Assembly: GCA_032718475.1 (NCBI GenBank) | Contig: JAUCBJ010004254.1 | Coordinates: 18,784-82,783 of the forward strand | Direction of reading: 5' to 3' | Source: Nemertoderma westbladi | Lineage: Eukaryota; Animalia; Xenacoelomorpha | DNA length: 64,000 nt | In this document: positions 1-11,431 of the stretch, in pieces | Position numbering within the stretch: position 1 is the stretch's first letter | Layout of the letters: every line of letters begins with the position of its first letter | Program-made: the position numbers and the translations under genes | Notes under the pieces: model-generated | Seen by the model: the letters and a program-made list of their open reading frames with translations, nothing else | What the model was told of the DNA's origin: nothing | The model's database searches: none

Positions 1-770
1 AGGTTGAGTTCATTGGGTTGAGTTCAAAATGTTTAGTTCTTGGGGTTGAGTTCATTGGGTTGAGTTCAATAGGTTGAGTTCAATAGGTTGAGTTCATTGG
101 GTTGAGTTCATTGGGTTGAGTTCAATAGGTTGAGTTCAATAGGTTGAGTTCAATAGGTTGAGTTCAATAGGTTGAGTTCATTGGGTTGAGTTCATTGGGT
201 TGAGTTCAAAAGGTTGACTTCATGGGGTTGAGTTCATTGGGTTGAGTTCAATAGGTTGAGTTCAATAGGTTGAGTTCATTGGGTTGAGTTCAATAGGTTG
301 AGTTCAATAGGTTGAGTTCATTGGGTTGAGTTCAAAATGTTGAGTTCTTGGGGTTGAGTTCATTGGGTTGAGTTCAATAGGTTGAGTTCAATAGGTTGAG
401 TTCATTGGGTTGAGTTCATTGGGTTGAGTTCAATAGGTTGAGTTCATTGGGTTGAGTTCAAAAGGTTGAGTTCATTGGGTTGAGTTCATTGGGTTGAGTT
501 CAATAGGTTGAGTTCAATAGGTTGAGTCCAATAGGTTGAGTTCATTGGGTTGAGTTCATTGGGTTGAGTTCAAAAGGTTGAGTTCATTGGGTTGAGTTCA
601 ATAGGGTTGAAATCAGTGAGTTGAAATCAGTGTGTTGAGATCAATAGGTTGAGTTCAATGGGTTGAGTTCTGTGGATTGAGTTCAATGGGTTTTAATCAG
701 TGAGTGGAAATCAGTTGATTGAATTCAACGGGTTGAGTTCATTGGGTTGAAATCAGTGGTTTGAGTTAAG
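1..770. repeat. 14-bp tandem minisatellite (AGGTTGAGTTCAAT / GGGTTGAGTTCATT variants), degenerating after ~600; runs off the window start
   Basis: Directly visible array of ~50 units of a GGTTGAGTTCA core with two alternating spacer variants. Confidence 0.95.
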
Positions 771-979
771 GACGTTTCTTTTAGTTTTATTTCTATAGTA
801 ATTGAGTTTATTGTATATTTTTGAGGGAGTAGAGTAGGTAGTGTCTACTAGAGGTTCGAGTATCATAATAAGCGAGTAATTAAAACAATTAAAACAAATT
901 AAAAATCAATATAATTACTAAATATAACCCAAAGATAATGAAATTAATGAACCTCCTTGAGCAGCCCTAGCGGAGGAGC

Positions 980-1855
980 ATGAGATCCTCGAGTGTGGAC
1001 CGTCGGTATATGGGTGCCGGTAGGGAACCTCGCTACTGGCAGACTGCTGAGTACCACAGAGACCGCAATGAACCCAGGAGCTCCAGTCTGGACAGCCAGA
1101 CTGCCGCGTCCCGTAGCGACACGGTACCGGTACTGCAACCTCCGAGACGGTACCAGTCATCCACCGAGAGTCGGACCTCCCGGAGTGTCCGAGTTCGCTC
1201 CCCCCGGACGGAATCCGTCGCCAATAATCCTTCCTTCAGACCCTCCAGTCCCGTGATTCTCCTAAACCATGGCAACAACAACCAACCCGAAACCATTTTA
1301 TCCAACGGTACGCAACTAACCATTATTCGATCACCTGTAGTTAAAAACATAGTTAGCAGGAAAATTCAGACAACCACTGCAAAACACACAATACCAATAT
1401 CAAAGATTACAGATGCGACAATAGACTCTCTGAAACATAATAACGGCGTGGCATTTAGTTCTCTTAACTGCGCAATAAACCAGCCACCGAAGTTGCAGAT
1501 TCAGTTACCACCTGGAGTCAAACCGAAAGTAAATGTAGAACAGAAAATATATTTGAAAAACTTAGGAAACAATCCGAATTTCTCATCGAATAACGAATTT
1601 CTGAAAGTCAACTTGTCACAAAGGAAAACAAACTATTCGAATGATCAAGACTTTAAATCCATTCATAGCAACAATAAGATTAACCATGGATCTACGTGTA
1701 ATGATAACTCTGATCGAAGAAAAGATAAACGTAATCACTCGGATATGGACGATGTTGTTAAATTAGGTTTATTAATAAGCTTTGTAGTCGCTGTTATATT
1801 TCATTTTGAACTTTTCAAGAGTTTTGCCTGCATGGTGTTCAAGTTGTTCTTTTAA
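980..1855 (+). CDS. Hypothetical 291-aa protein, Ser/Arg-rich N-terminus, Asn-rich middle, C-terminal hydrophobic segment (possible tail anchor)
   Basis: ATG-initiated 876-bp ORF, long for AT-rich DNA; C-terminal KLGLLISFVVAVIFHF...FACMVFKLFF; no family recognised. Confidence 0.5.
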   Translation: MRSSSVDRRYMGAGREPRYWQTAEYHRDRNEPRSSSLDSQTAASRSDTVPVLQPPRRYQSSTESRTSRSVRVRSPRTESVANNPSFRPSSPVILLNHGNNNQPETILSNGTQLTIIRSPVVKNIVSRKIQTTTAKHTIPISKITDATIDSLKHNNGVAFSSLNCAINQPPKLQIQLPPGVKPKVNVEQKIYLKNLGNNPNFSSNNEFLKVNLSQRKTNYSNDQDFKSIHSNNKINHGSTCNDNSDRRKDKRNHSDMDDVVKLGLLISFVVAVIFHFELFKSFACMVFKLFF

Positions 1856-2112
1856 TTTTATATTGAATGTATTGAATACCTATAGGCTTCTGTCATTATT
1901 GTCCATCTCTTAGTGGTTGTTTTGATCTGTTGGTAAAAATTTTATTACAAATGAGTTGATAGTTATTAATAATTACTTTATATATATTGTATTGCATCAT
2001 GTTTTGTAATATATGGGAATGCTTTCTGATACCAGGTTTTTAAAGGCTACCAATTAAAGTCATACAAAAATTGATAAAAATTTCACAAAAAAATTATACT
2101 ACACTAATTTAA

Positions 2113-5100
2113 CCCTTTAAACCCGGCGTGGGGTCAATATGACCCCCTCCCCGTGGTGTTTTTGATATAACTCTGAAACAAACGTAGTGGGGAATCTGAA
2201 ATTTTCTGACTTTTCCTAACATGAATTCCACGAAAATGTCAACCAAGGAACAAAAAAAGTAACTTTCTCTAATCCAATTCTTTTTCCCATTGGTCGAAAC
2301 TGTAAACATTTAGGTTCTCAAAAATGGTTATATTACAGAAATTGTTTCATTGGGTGAATTTTTATAGCCTCTGAAACATTTGGCAAAATATTTCAAAATT
2401 TGCTACTTTCTATTTTAGATTATTTGGGAAGTTTATGTGTCTTTTTTCTCTTAATAATCACATGTCTAGGTCAATAGAACAGTAAAACATTTCTCTTTGG
2501 CCTTCCTACTCACGATTACAAAGGTCACTTCATCTAATATCTTGTGATTTCTATATTTTTTTAAATTTCAAAAAAATAGATCCACCCTTGCGAATTTTGT
2601 AATTACGTTACGAAAATGTTCTATTTTTCTTGGTATTACAAGTTCTACTACCATCAGATATTTAATGTTCAATAATATCTGCATTGGTTACCAGAGCTAC
2701 CATTTCACCAAGCAGTGGAATATCTGCAACGTCACAGAAGGCTACAAACAGTGTAACGGAATTACATATTTTGGTAACGGAATTACACTGTGTAACGGAA
2801 TTACTTATCCCATTGATTAGTTATTTGAATATTGCGGGTTATTTAAATACAGACGGGGCCCTTGGATGTTCTGCATCACTACTGCATTAAGGTTAGACGT
2901 TGACATTAGGTCTTGCGAATTAGGTCCAGCGACCTTAGGTCCAATAGATGATAGGTCATGACGTGATGTTATGTTCAGACATTAGGCCCTGCGACGTTAG
3001 GTCCTGGTTCTGTAAATATCTAATGTCTCAAAGATATTTGGTTGAAAGATATTTCATGTAAAGTCTGACGAGATGTAATGGTAGGACTACGGTCAGCAGA
3101 TAAAAAATCATCACTCTCCAGGGGAAATTGGACGCAAATAACAGTTGATTACTCTCAAAATTAAAACTGTAACCTGTTCTATTGTGTTAAGTTTATTGTT
3201 TTGGTAAAATAACGTTCCACTGTAACCTGCTCCTTTCCCTAAATTGAGAATTTAACATTGAGGCGGGATATTGATTGTGATTCACCAAGGCGGGTTTTGC
3301 GTCGAGTTCCCCCCCCCCCCCCCCCTGTCTCACGGTCCGACGGTATCAGTAACGTATTGTATATATGTATACATGTATACATATATACACGTATATATGT
3401 ATATGTACGTATTGTATATATATGTATTGTATATGGTAGAAACTTTTGCACTGTAATTCCGAGATGTTTATTTAAGTTTGGTTTAGTATTTTGGTTACAC
3501 TCAACCTCAATTAGTTAATCCAATTAAAACTTCCAAACTGCCATGCTCAGGCAATGGTACAAGACATTATAGACATCCTAACAAAACTACCACAGCCAAT
3601 CAATATCGTTAGTTCTTGAGATTTTAGGGCAAGGAGCAGGTTACAGTGACTTGTTATTATAACCAAAACAATAAACAAGAGTCAATAACTAGCATGGGTT
3701 ATTGCACTATATTTTTGCTAGTAATCAAGTATTCAGCTGTAATTGGATGGTTACTGGGAGTTGTATCTCAGTTTTCCTAGGTTGTGGCAGGTCTGTTAAG
3801 CTGTCTTCAATGATTTCATGTAATGGTAGATGGGTAGGCCTATGGCAACCCTACACAGCTACATACAGCCCTAACCCGAAGTTAGGCTGCTATAATCGAA
3901 GAAATTTTGCTCAAATTCGTAAATTAAAAGTTTTACAGTTTTGCAGTGTAAATTAGGTTAAAAATTCACACCGTAATTCCGTGACGTTTAGTTTTGTAAT
4001 TACCGTTACGATCAGAAACCTTTGAAACTAGAAATTGTTAAATTTATTAATTATAATAGTTTAATGAAAGTGAGCAGCAAATATTAGGAAGTACTACAAG
4101 TAAGTTTTACAACTCAAATTTGCATACAATTCGCAGCAATTCTTGTTTACAAAACACCAGTTTTTTATTATTCGTTTTGCCGTGTAATTACCGTGACGAT
4201 TTTTTAAACAACAAATATACAGTAATGAAATTAAATTTTGACTAATTTTTTCGATTTCCATAACTAAATATAGAATTGTCTTTCCCCTCACACCAGTCGC
4301 ATTGAATATACTTTTGAGGAAGATACATTTCCACCCTTGTGATTCTGAAAATTACTTGCGAAATGTAATTCCGTTATCGTGGAATTCATGCTAAAACTAT
4401 ATTGTCTTCCTAATAGTGAAACGGTTTTCAAAAATATTGGGAATTTTTCAAGTTATAGCACCAATTTTTAACCCTAATTTTGGCACTTTTTTTGAGGCGT
4501 GTTTTGAAAATTACATTTCATTAAATATGATTTGTAACATCTCTATTTTTGATTTACACCGGATTTTGGTGTTTATAATTAGATGGAATTCATATAAATA
4601 AATTTAGATTTTCAAACTTGTTTTTTACGGCTGGTGCCAATTTTGGTGCCAGCACCAAATTTTAAAAAAATATGTCAATTTTGAAAATTGATTGTTTGAA
4701 CCTGTTTTTTGCGCAATATGGATTTTTTGGGGTTCTGGTTTCGATGGAATATATACGAGTTGCATCAGGCGTATCAAACTTGTATTTTTCGGCGCTGTGT
4801 GCAAATTTTGGTGCCAGCACGAAATTTTGAAAATCCATTAGTACAATAGTTCAATGGCTTGTGAGAACTTACAGTATTTCTCGTGTTTTAGAGGTCTATG
4901 GCGGTTCTGAATTCAATGGAATAAATAATTATCTAACTAGACATTTCAAACTTGAAATTTCTCGGAAGTGGGTGGAAACCCATCAAATATATCAATTGAT
5001 TGTGTCAGCTTGTTTCTTGCGTTATACGGGTTTGTGAGGGTCCTGAATCTGATGGAATCAATAAAAACAGCACTGGATATCTCAAACTTGTACTTTTTGC

Positions 5101-5394
5101 TGATGGCTACGACATACGTACGACATTTGACATATTACGCTGAAGAATACGAGTAGCAATGATCTGGCAAATTAGAAATGTATTCCATTAGGTGGTGCTG
5201 CAAAATAACCAACCCAGTACTTATTTCGGAAGTTTTGTTTTCGGTCGGATTCAGACTAGTGAAATCTACGTAAAAACAAAAAAATCACACCATTTCTTTA
5301 AAATTTAAGATTTTAGCGGGGGTTGGGGGGGGGGGTGTCAATATAACACCTCCCCGGTATTTGTACAACATTTTATAGCCCGGCACTAATAGGG
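2113..5394 (-). mobile_element. piggyBac-like non-autonomous DNA transposon (MITE family A), older copy in reverse orientation with a nested insertion
   Basis: TTAA|CCCTTTAAACCCGG at left, GCCCGGCACTAATAGGG|TAAA at right; 4395-5394 is the reverse complement of the copies at 22626, 44718 and 56432. Confidence 0.8.
2220..4390. mobile_element. Non-autonomous TIR element nested in MITE A; 14-bp perfect TIR CATGAATTCCACGA, 4-bp TSD CTAA
   Basis: TIRs at 2220-2233 and 4377-4390; CTAA at 2216-2219 and 4391-4394; the site is empty in the other MITE copies; dispersed GTAACGGAATTAC-type internal repeats. Confidence 0.75.
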
Positions 5395-5955
5395 TAAAAT
5401 AATGTTACACCCAAAATAAAAGCAAAATAAATAACATGCTCCCCAAAACCAATTATTCACACCATAATAAATTACAAAACCCACAAAATAAATACAAATT
5501 TTGTAAAATAAATATATAATGAATGAATTTGTATAAATCAATTTTCTATAAAATATTTGGTGCTGGAAGAATTGTTTTTGTTGACAAGTTATTATTTTAG
5601 GGAGATTGAATAATAATTGTTTTTGGGGTATGAAAAAATAAATTAAATACATTGTATTTTTACATAATAAATCTACACAGGTTATAAGATAGAGAAATAA
5701 GCACTACAATACATTTTTAATAGTAAAATACAAAATCAATCTGTTCATAATATTACAATAATAAGAATAATGGGACATTTTATATAATTTAAATAAGTTT
5801 GTGTGGAGGTGGCGAGCAAGAAGGGCCTGCAGGACGATGCTACTCTAAAAAAATAAGTTATGGAGACAACAATACTAATTTTGATAAAATGTGATGATAA
5901 AAAAGGGAAAGGAATAATAAAAAGCATCTATTCGTCGTGCAGGAGGTAATCACTA

Positions 5956-6947
5956 TTAAAGTAGGAAAATCTCGTCTAGGTTTCTGTTAGAGGGGAAGGT
6001 GCCGAGGACTGCAGTAGCATTTCCTCTTACCACCGCCATGGATAGGCGTTGGTGGAGGAAAGCTGTGGACCGGGGTTCACCAGTGGTATGGGCGATACTC
6101 CTCCCTATCTCACGAATGGTGCTGGTTGCTTCAGCACCGATGGGTCCGAGGGTCTCTGTAGCTATAGTCACAAAGTGGTAGTCATGGCACAGGTCGGCGT
6201 ATTTGTGTGACTTTAATCGCTCTGCTGCGGTTGCTGCTGCTCCGGCTGTCTGGGACGTCGTGGCGATGTAGGATGTCGCTAGGGTATCTCTACATGTATA
6301 GTCCCAAACAAGCATCCTGCCTTTTGACCAATTGTGAAAGAATCATTCCGTCGGGTTTTTTCCCATCTCTCGTCATGCCTCTTGGTTCTAGGGTGGATGG
6401 TATACCGGTTGAGTTAAGGGCGCGGTGGATGATGTCGTTCGCTTCAGCGTGTCGGGTGTATTTGCCATAGTTGTGGATGCAGCTTAGTCCGTGTACACCT
6501 GGGGTGTTTACTTGAGTACCGCAGCTCCTACATCCATGCTCAGTGCAGATTGTAGTGCCTAGGCGGAGAGCTACTCCAATTCGTAGTTGGTCATCCTCGA
6601 GGCGGAGTCCCAGAGAAGATATTGGAAGGGCGTTTAGCCGGTCCCCAGAGTGATCTGCTCTGGCGGCTAACAGACGTGCCTTGCTGATGCTGAGGGGGGT
6701 GCTAGCGGCTGCTAGTAGTTCCTCAAACCGGATAACGCTCATGGGGTGGTCCCATGCTTTCTGTACAGAAGGGTTGGGTGGTGGACTTGTTCCTGGGGGG
6801 AGATGTGTCATAGCCAGGGTTATTGCTGGATCTGTATTGCCATCCGAGGAGGAAGGAGTGCTCGGAGTAGAGGAGTGCATCCGAAGACTGATGCCAAAAA
6901 GGCAAGTACTGAAACGTCCCTCGTACTCCTAATACCCAACCCCCGAA
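5956..6947 (-). mobile_element. CRE-clade-like non-LTR retrotransposon 3' fragment (RT thumb, Zn knuckle, restriction-like endonuclease), frameshifted
   Basis: GGLGIR, CRSCG...HGLSC, RHAEANDII, KKPDG, WDYTCRDTLA, K..KY, ETLG, QRLSMAVVRGNA motifs spread over several frames. Confidence 0.8.
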
Positions 6948-7198
6948 TGAAGAATTGTTTTTAGGGGAAAGAATAATTTTTTGGGTAATGAATAATTGTT
7001 TTGGGGGGATTAATAATTGTTTTTGGGGGATTAATAATTGTTTTTGGGGGATGAATAATTGTTTTGGGGGGATTAATAATTGTTTTTGGGGGATTAATAA
7101 TTGTTTTTGGGGGATGAATAATTGTTTTTTTTTTGGAGGGGGGGGGGGGGGGGGGGGGGGTGAATAATTGTTTTTGGGGGGTGAATAATTGTTTTTGG
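6948..7198. repeat. ~21-bp minisatellite (AATAATTGTTTTTGGGGGATT) with a long G tract
   Basis: Visible tandem units; related units also at ~5570-5630. Confidence 0.85.
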
Positions 7199-7218
7199 TG
7201 AGAGAGATATTCAAAATT

Positions 7219-8377
7219 TGTTCGCGCTTTCAGACCTTTAGCAGTTTAACCTGCCAAATTTAGATGTCTTCTAGATTATAAATCGACTTTAGCCTATGAC
7301 GAGTATTTGATACACTACATTAGCCGAAGCCAGTCTATGCGCGACCATTCACCCGCTGGATATACCCGGGAGACTGGATTCGGAAGCTTTGACCTTATTG
7401 CGGTGTAGGCCTACTGTATTATTCGACTGATCGTTAATATATAATTTCTGACAAATATTATTCACTTTCGGGAAATATTAACAGTTCCTTTAGGACGTGG
7501 CGCTCTAAATATGTAAACAGAGTTATGACTTATACTAGACACAACGGGATGGCTATGGATTCACGTATAAAGCGCATTCTTTAGGAGATGCTTTGTTATC
7601 AGTCACAATCATGCACACTACCGCACAATGCTGCACACCGATCTGCCGACCTTCACTAATTTTAGTCACATATAAAGAGAACAACAACCGACTCATGTAG
7701 TGCCTATGAAATAGCATTAGATTCACTCCAAAACCACTTTAATGTAAGTCGCAATTGTTATATGTAACCGGTCTCTCTAACCTTCAGTATATCAAGAAGA
7801 TTGGGGTTTCTGATTATTGATCGATATTATCCAAATATAACAATATTCCATCAACTGATATAATTAATAACCGACAGTAAATAGCAGTAAAAATGCGGTG
7901 TTTGTAGTTGACAATATGATTAGGTGAGATAACAGATATACGTTTCTATGACCAAAGCCTACTAATGTTTGGCTAAAGCCTGAAAACACAGAGGTTCCAA
8001 AGCCGGTCTTCTGGCTGTGGACAAAATACACATACTGACTCAATTCATGAGTTTCTGTATACAACCTCCAACACAGAGTCAAAAAACGCTCTGATTGGTC
8101 GACCGAACAAAGAGAGAACAAAGAACAAATAAATGTTACACGTGGACATATCAGCTGTTAGATGTCGTCATGGTAACTACACTGTGTCAAGAGGATTTTA
8201 GCGTATTGCGACATAAAATTGCTAGTTATGTCCGCTAAAGTACACATACAGAAGAAATGGCTTTTTATGTCCACTAAAACACCGGTACAGTAAGGAAACG
8301 GCTTTTTATGTCCGTTAAACCAACTACAGAGTACTTTGCGGGGAAAATAACCAGCTAATTCCGCAAAAGCTTTTACA
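7219..8377 (-). repeat. 3' LTR of the Bel/Pao element (1159 bp)
   Basis: Direct repeat of 18599-19756 with about 7 differences seen by eye; TG...CA ends. Confidence 0.95.
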
Positions 8378-8419
8378 CCGCTCCCAGAAAATGGGATTTA
8401 ATTCTATAAAATATAAAAA

Positions 8420-9820
8420 TCACAGTTTCTAAAATATAAAAATACTCTAAACAGTTAGTTTTCCTTGCGCGGACGGCGTTTACGCAGTTTTTTGAGGCTA
8501 GCAAGAGTCCTTTTCTCTTTGGGGCGAGCCACTTTACTAGGAGGGCTGTAACTCCTGGGTGAAGGGTGCAATACAATTGCATCAGAAGGTTTAGGGTTAC
8601 GGTCGATGTCTCGTCCATTTCGATATGCTTCTCCTCGAGCTGATTTTCCTCTGCTTATCGTTGGATGCGTTCGTCCAAAACTCTTGCAGAGAATAGGGTT
8701 GTCCAAGTTCGATATCTTCTTAGAGATTCTGAATTTCCTGATCGAACTGAGATAAAGTTAATTCGTTTACCGCTTGGACTTGCTACTGCAATTTACGTTT
8801 CTCTAAACAATTGTAGGTTCATTTTCTGATCTTTTGACGAATAGTGTCCATATCTGTAGTTTCGTATAACTCTTTCCTCCGCCTCGGTGACAGGTTGTAT
8901 CGGGTTAAACAGGGACGATGGTACGGTTGAATGGCGATATTAGATGTCCACGTCCCAATCCGACTAAGTAAGATGGGTGAATATTTAAGGGAGCCCACAA
9001 CCGGAGTGCCACCGACTAACTGTTCGGATAACACTAGATCTTTGAACAGTGAGTACAGTTCGGGAGGATCCGTGATACTATTAGGATCAAGAGTCTGAGG
9101 TCTAACTAGGGAATGAGGAGGTCTGACCGAGTATTCTGGAACTCTGATCATAGGTTTATTTAAGGATCGTTTGAATCAAACGAGCGTAGGTGATACATCG
9201 AACAAGTTTCGCTCGAAACTTCCGTAAATATAGCGAGTAAAACCGTGTTCAAAGCAACGTCTCCACGGATGTTTATGTCTTTCCGTTTGTTGGTTGGGTC
9301 TTGGGCATTCATCGCAATAATACCAAAGACGCACGTCTTGTAGGGGAAACGCGAGTGATATTTATTCGGTTTTACAACGTTTCTCTCAAGAACTCCAAAT
9401 ATACGTTGGAGTTACTGCGTTTATCCGGTTCTTTAACGTCTTCTCTTTTGAGTCGATTTCGAATAGAATTTTCGCATTCGATTTTCAGTTTATCGTTCCG
9501 AATCCACTGGGTAGGATACTCAAACAGTACCATTTCCCTTTCGGTGTCGACATCGTCCGTATCGTGTAAATCGATAGGATGACCAGTAGTTAAGAAGTCC
9601 ATATGCGTACCATTACGATGCGTATAGCGAGCAGTGAATTTTCAATAGTCCAATTCACGCGTAAGTTGCTCCTGGGACATCGGCGGTTCGATATAACGAC
9701 CATCGTCCTCCGTAGTAGTCGGACTAGCGTCGCTGCGTATCAATCTATCAACAAACGCTTGTAAAGGTAGAGTATATCACTCCCTGATACCAAGATCATC
9801 TTCTATCAACTCAGTCATAT
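8420..9820 (-). pseudogene. Decayed extra ORF of unknown function between pol remnant and 3' LTR
   Basis: Chain of same-strand ORF pieces (9372-9602, 8819-9151, 8373-8618) in a GC-richer block, separated by stops/frameshifts; no recognisable motif; boundaries approximate. Confidence 0.45.
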
Positions 9821-11431
9821 CTGCTATATGAGTTTATCAATATTATAATGAGTTTATATTTAGGCTAGCGGGCGTCGCTGCCTACCCCTCTCGGCCCCCG
9901 GACAGCGCAAGATCCTCAGCGCTGGTGTACTTTCGCCGATGTGCCTATCGCCAACGTCGTAGCTGCACAACGACCACAACAACCAGCGCGAGTCACTCCA
10001 CCGTCCGTCCCAAAGGCTTAGATTTACTTCAGGTTCTTACTGGAGAGTTAGGGCTACTTTCACAATTGCGACTCGCTACTGTAAACACACTTTAGTAGTG
10101 ACATTCACCTATAAACGCACAAATTCCACACAACTGTCACAAATCGCACACATTCGGGCCATTTGTCCGTTAGTCAGTGCCTTTCAGAATGCCACGTTAT
10201 TATTGGGTATCCTGGGATACTAGCAGTGTGCTATTTATTCCTTATGCTATTCAATGGGCAAGCTTTATTGTTCTTTTAACTCACTTCTAATTCTAGCGTG
10301 GTTGTTGCCATGGTGACATTATGGAAAGCTAGCGGTAGAATTAGGGTAATTCCCATGCATACAGATCTGGGATGCTATTTAATAGTAATTCTTTAATTGT
10401 CAATATCCCCTTTATACATGATTTTATGAATTTTATCGGCTATTGACTATATATTGGAGATTCTCGCACACTGATACACTTAATAGAGTGAATCTCCGCT
10501 CCCATGATCTATTAATTAATGGAATTTTGGGAATGTTATAAATTGTATAAAAATGACAATTTATCAAATTCATTAAAATATGAATTTAAATTTATTCCCG
10601 TAAATTTTATTATTTAATATTAAATAGACACAATTTTATTCCAGAACATGTCTGGGGACTAGGATCCTTGATTCTAGGAAATTGGTCTTTTTAAGAATAT
10701 CGGTAAGTGCTACGATATCTTAATAGACTATAATTTTAAAGGATCTAAAATTTGACAGATTTTGTAAATATTAATAATTAATATTTAGGATGGGCACCAG
10801 TTTTATTCCAGAACTGGGGACGTTAACCACTGATTCTAGAATTTTGTCTTTCAAGTATATCGGTGGGTGCCGCGATATCTTAATCGACTAGAATTACAGA
10901 TGGTCAAAGGGTTTAACAGATTTATTTTTGCGTTTTACGCTACTGTTAAAGGGACATCACGCTACTATATGTATTATTTAATATACGGTATGAGAGCAAT
11001 ATCGCAAGAAGCAATGTCAGTGAGAAGAGGCAAGTCGTTTCCAAGGTCTACCCAGAGCTTGGTTTAGCCGAGACACGAGGATCTGAACTTTGCATTCCTA
11101 ATACTCTACTTACCAATAATACTTGAATATAGTAGGAGCTTTATTGTACTTTAATAAGTACGGACATTTCATCTTACTGTAGTCACATATTTATAATGTA
11201 ATACGGGCAGTAAGGAAAGAGAAAAAGAATTATTTCTCGCCGTCGCACGAAATATATAATATATAAGTAATTAAGTAATTAACACTAATATATATTGCAC
11301 TAATCTACTAAATAATCTCTAAAATAACATTCTACTAAATAAAATTAAAGAAAAATAATAATACATACATAAATATAAAATAATAAATACAAATATAAAA
11401 TAATATAGTCACACACCCACACTAGACGCTG

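Noticed and set aside
1-770. Possible telomeric repeat or CRISPR-like array
   Set aside because: The 14-bp unit is not a known telomere motif and there are no unique spacers; it is a simple minisatellite.
3355-3435. Tyr/Ile/Val-rich ORFs
   Set aside because: Degenerate (TA/TG)n microsatellite.
7864-8121. Identical 85-aa ORF occurring twice (also 19243-19500)
   Set aside because: It lies within the two LTRs, has a non-ATG start and no protein features.
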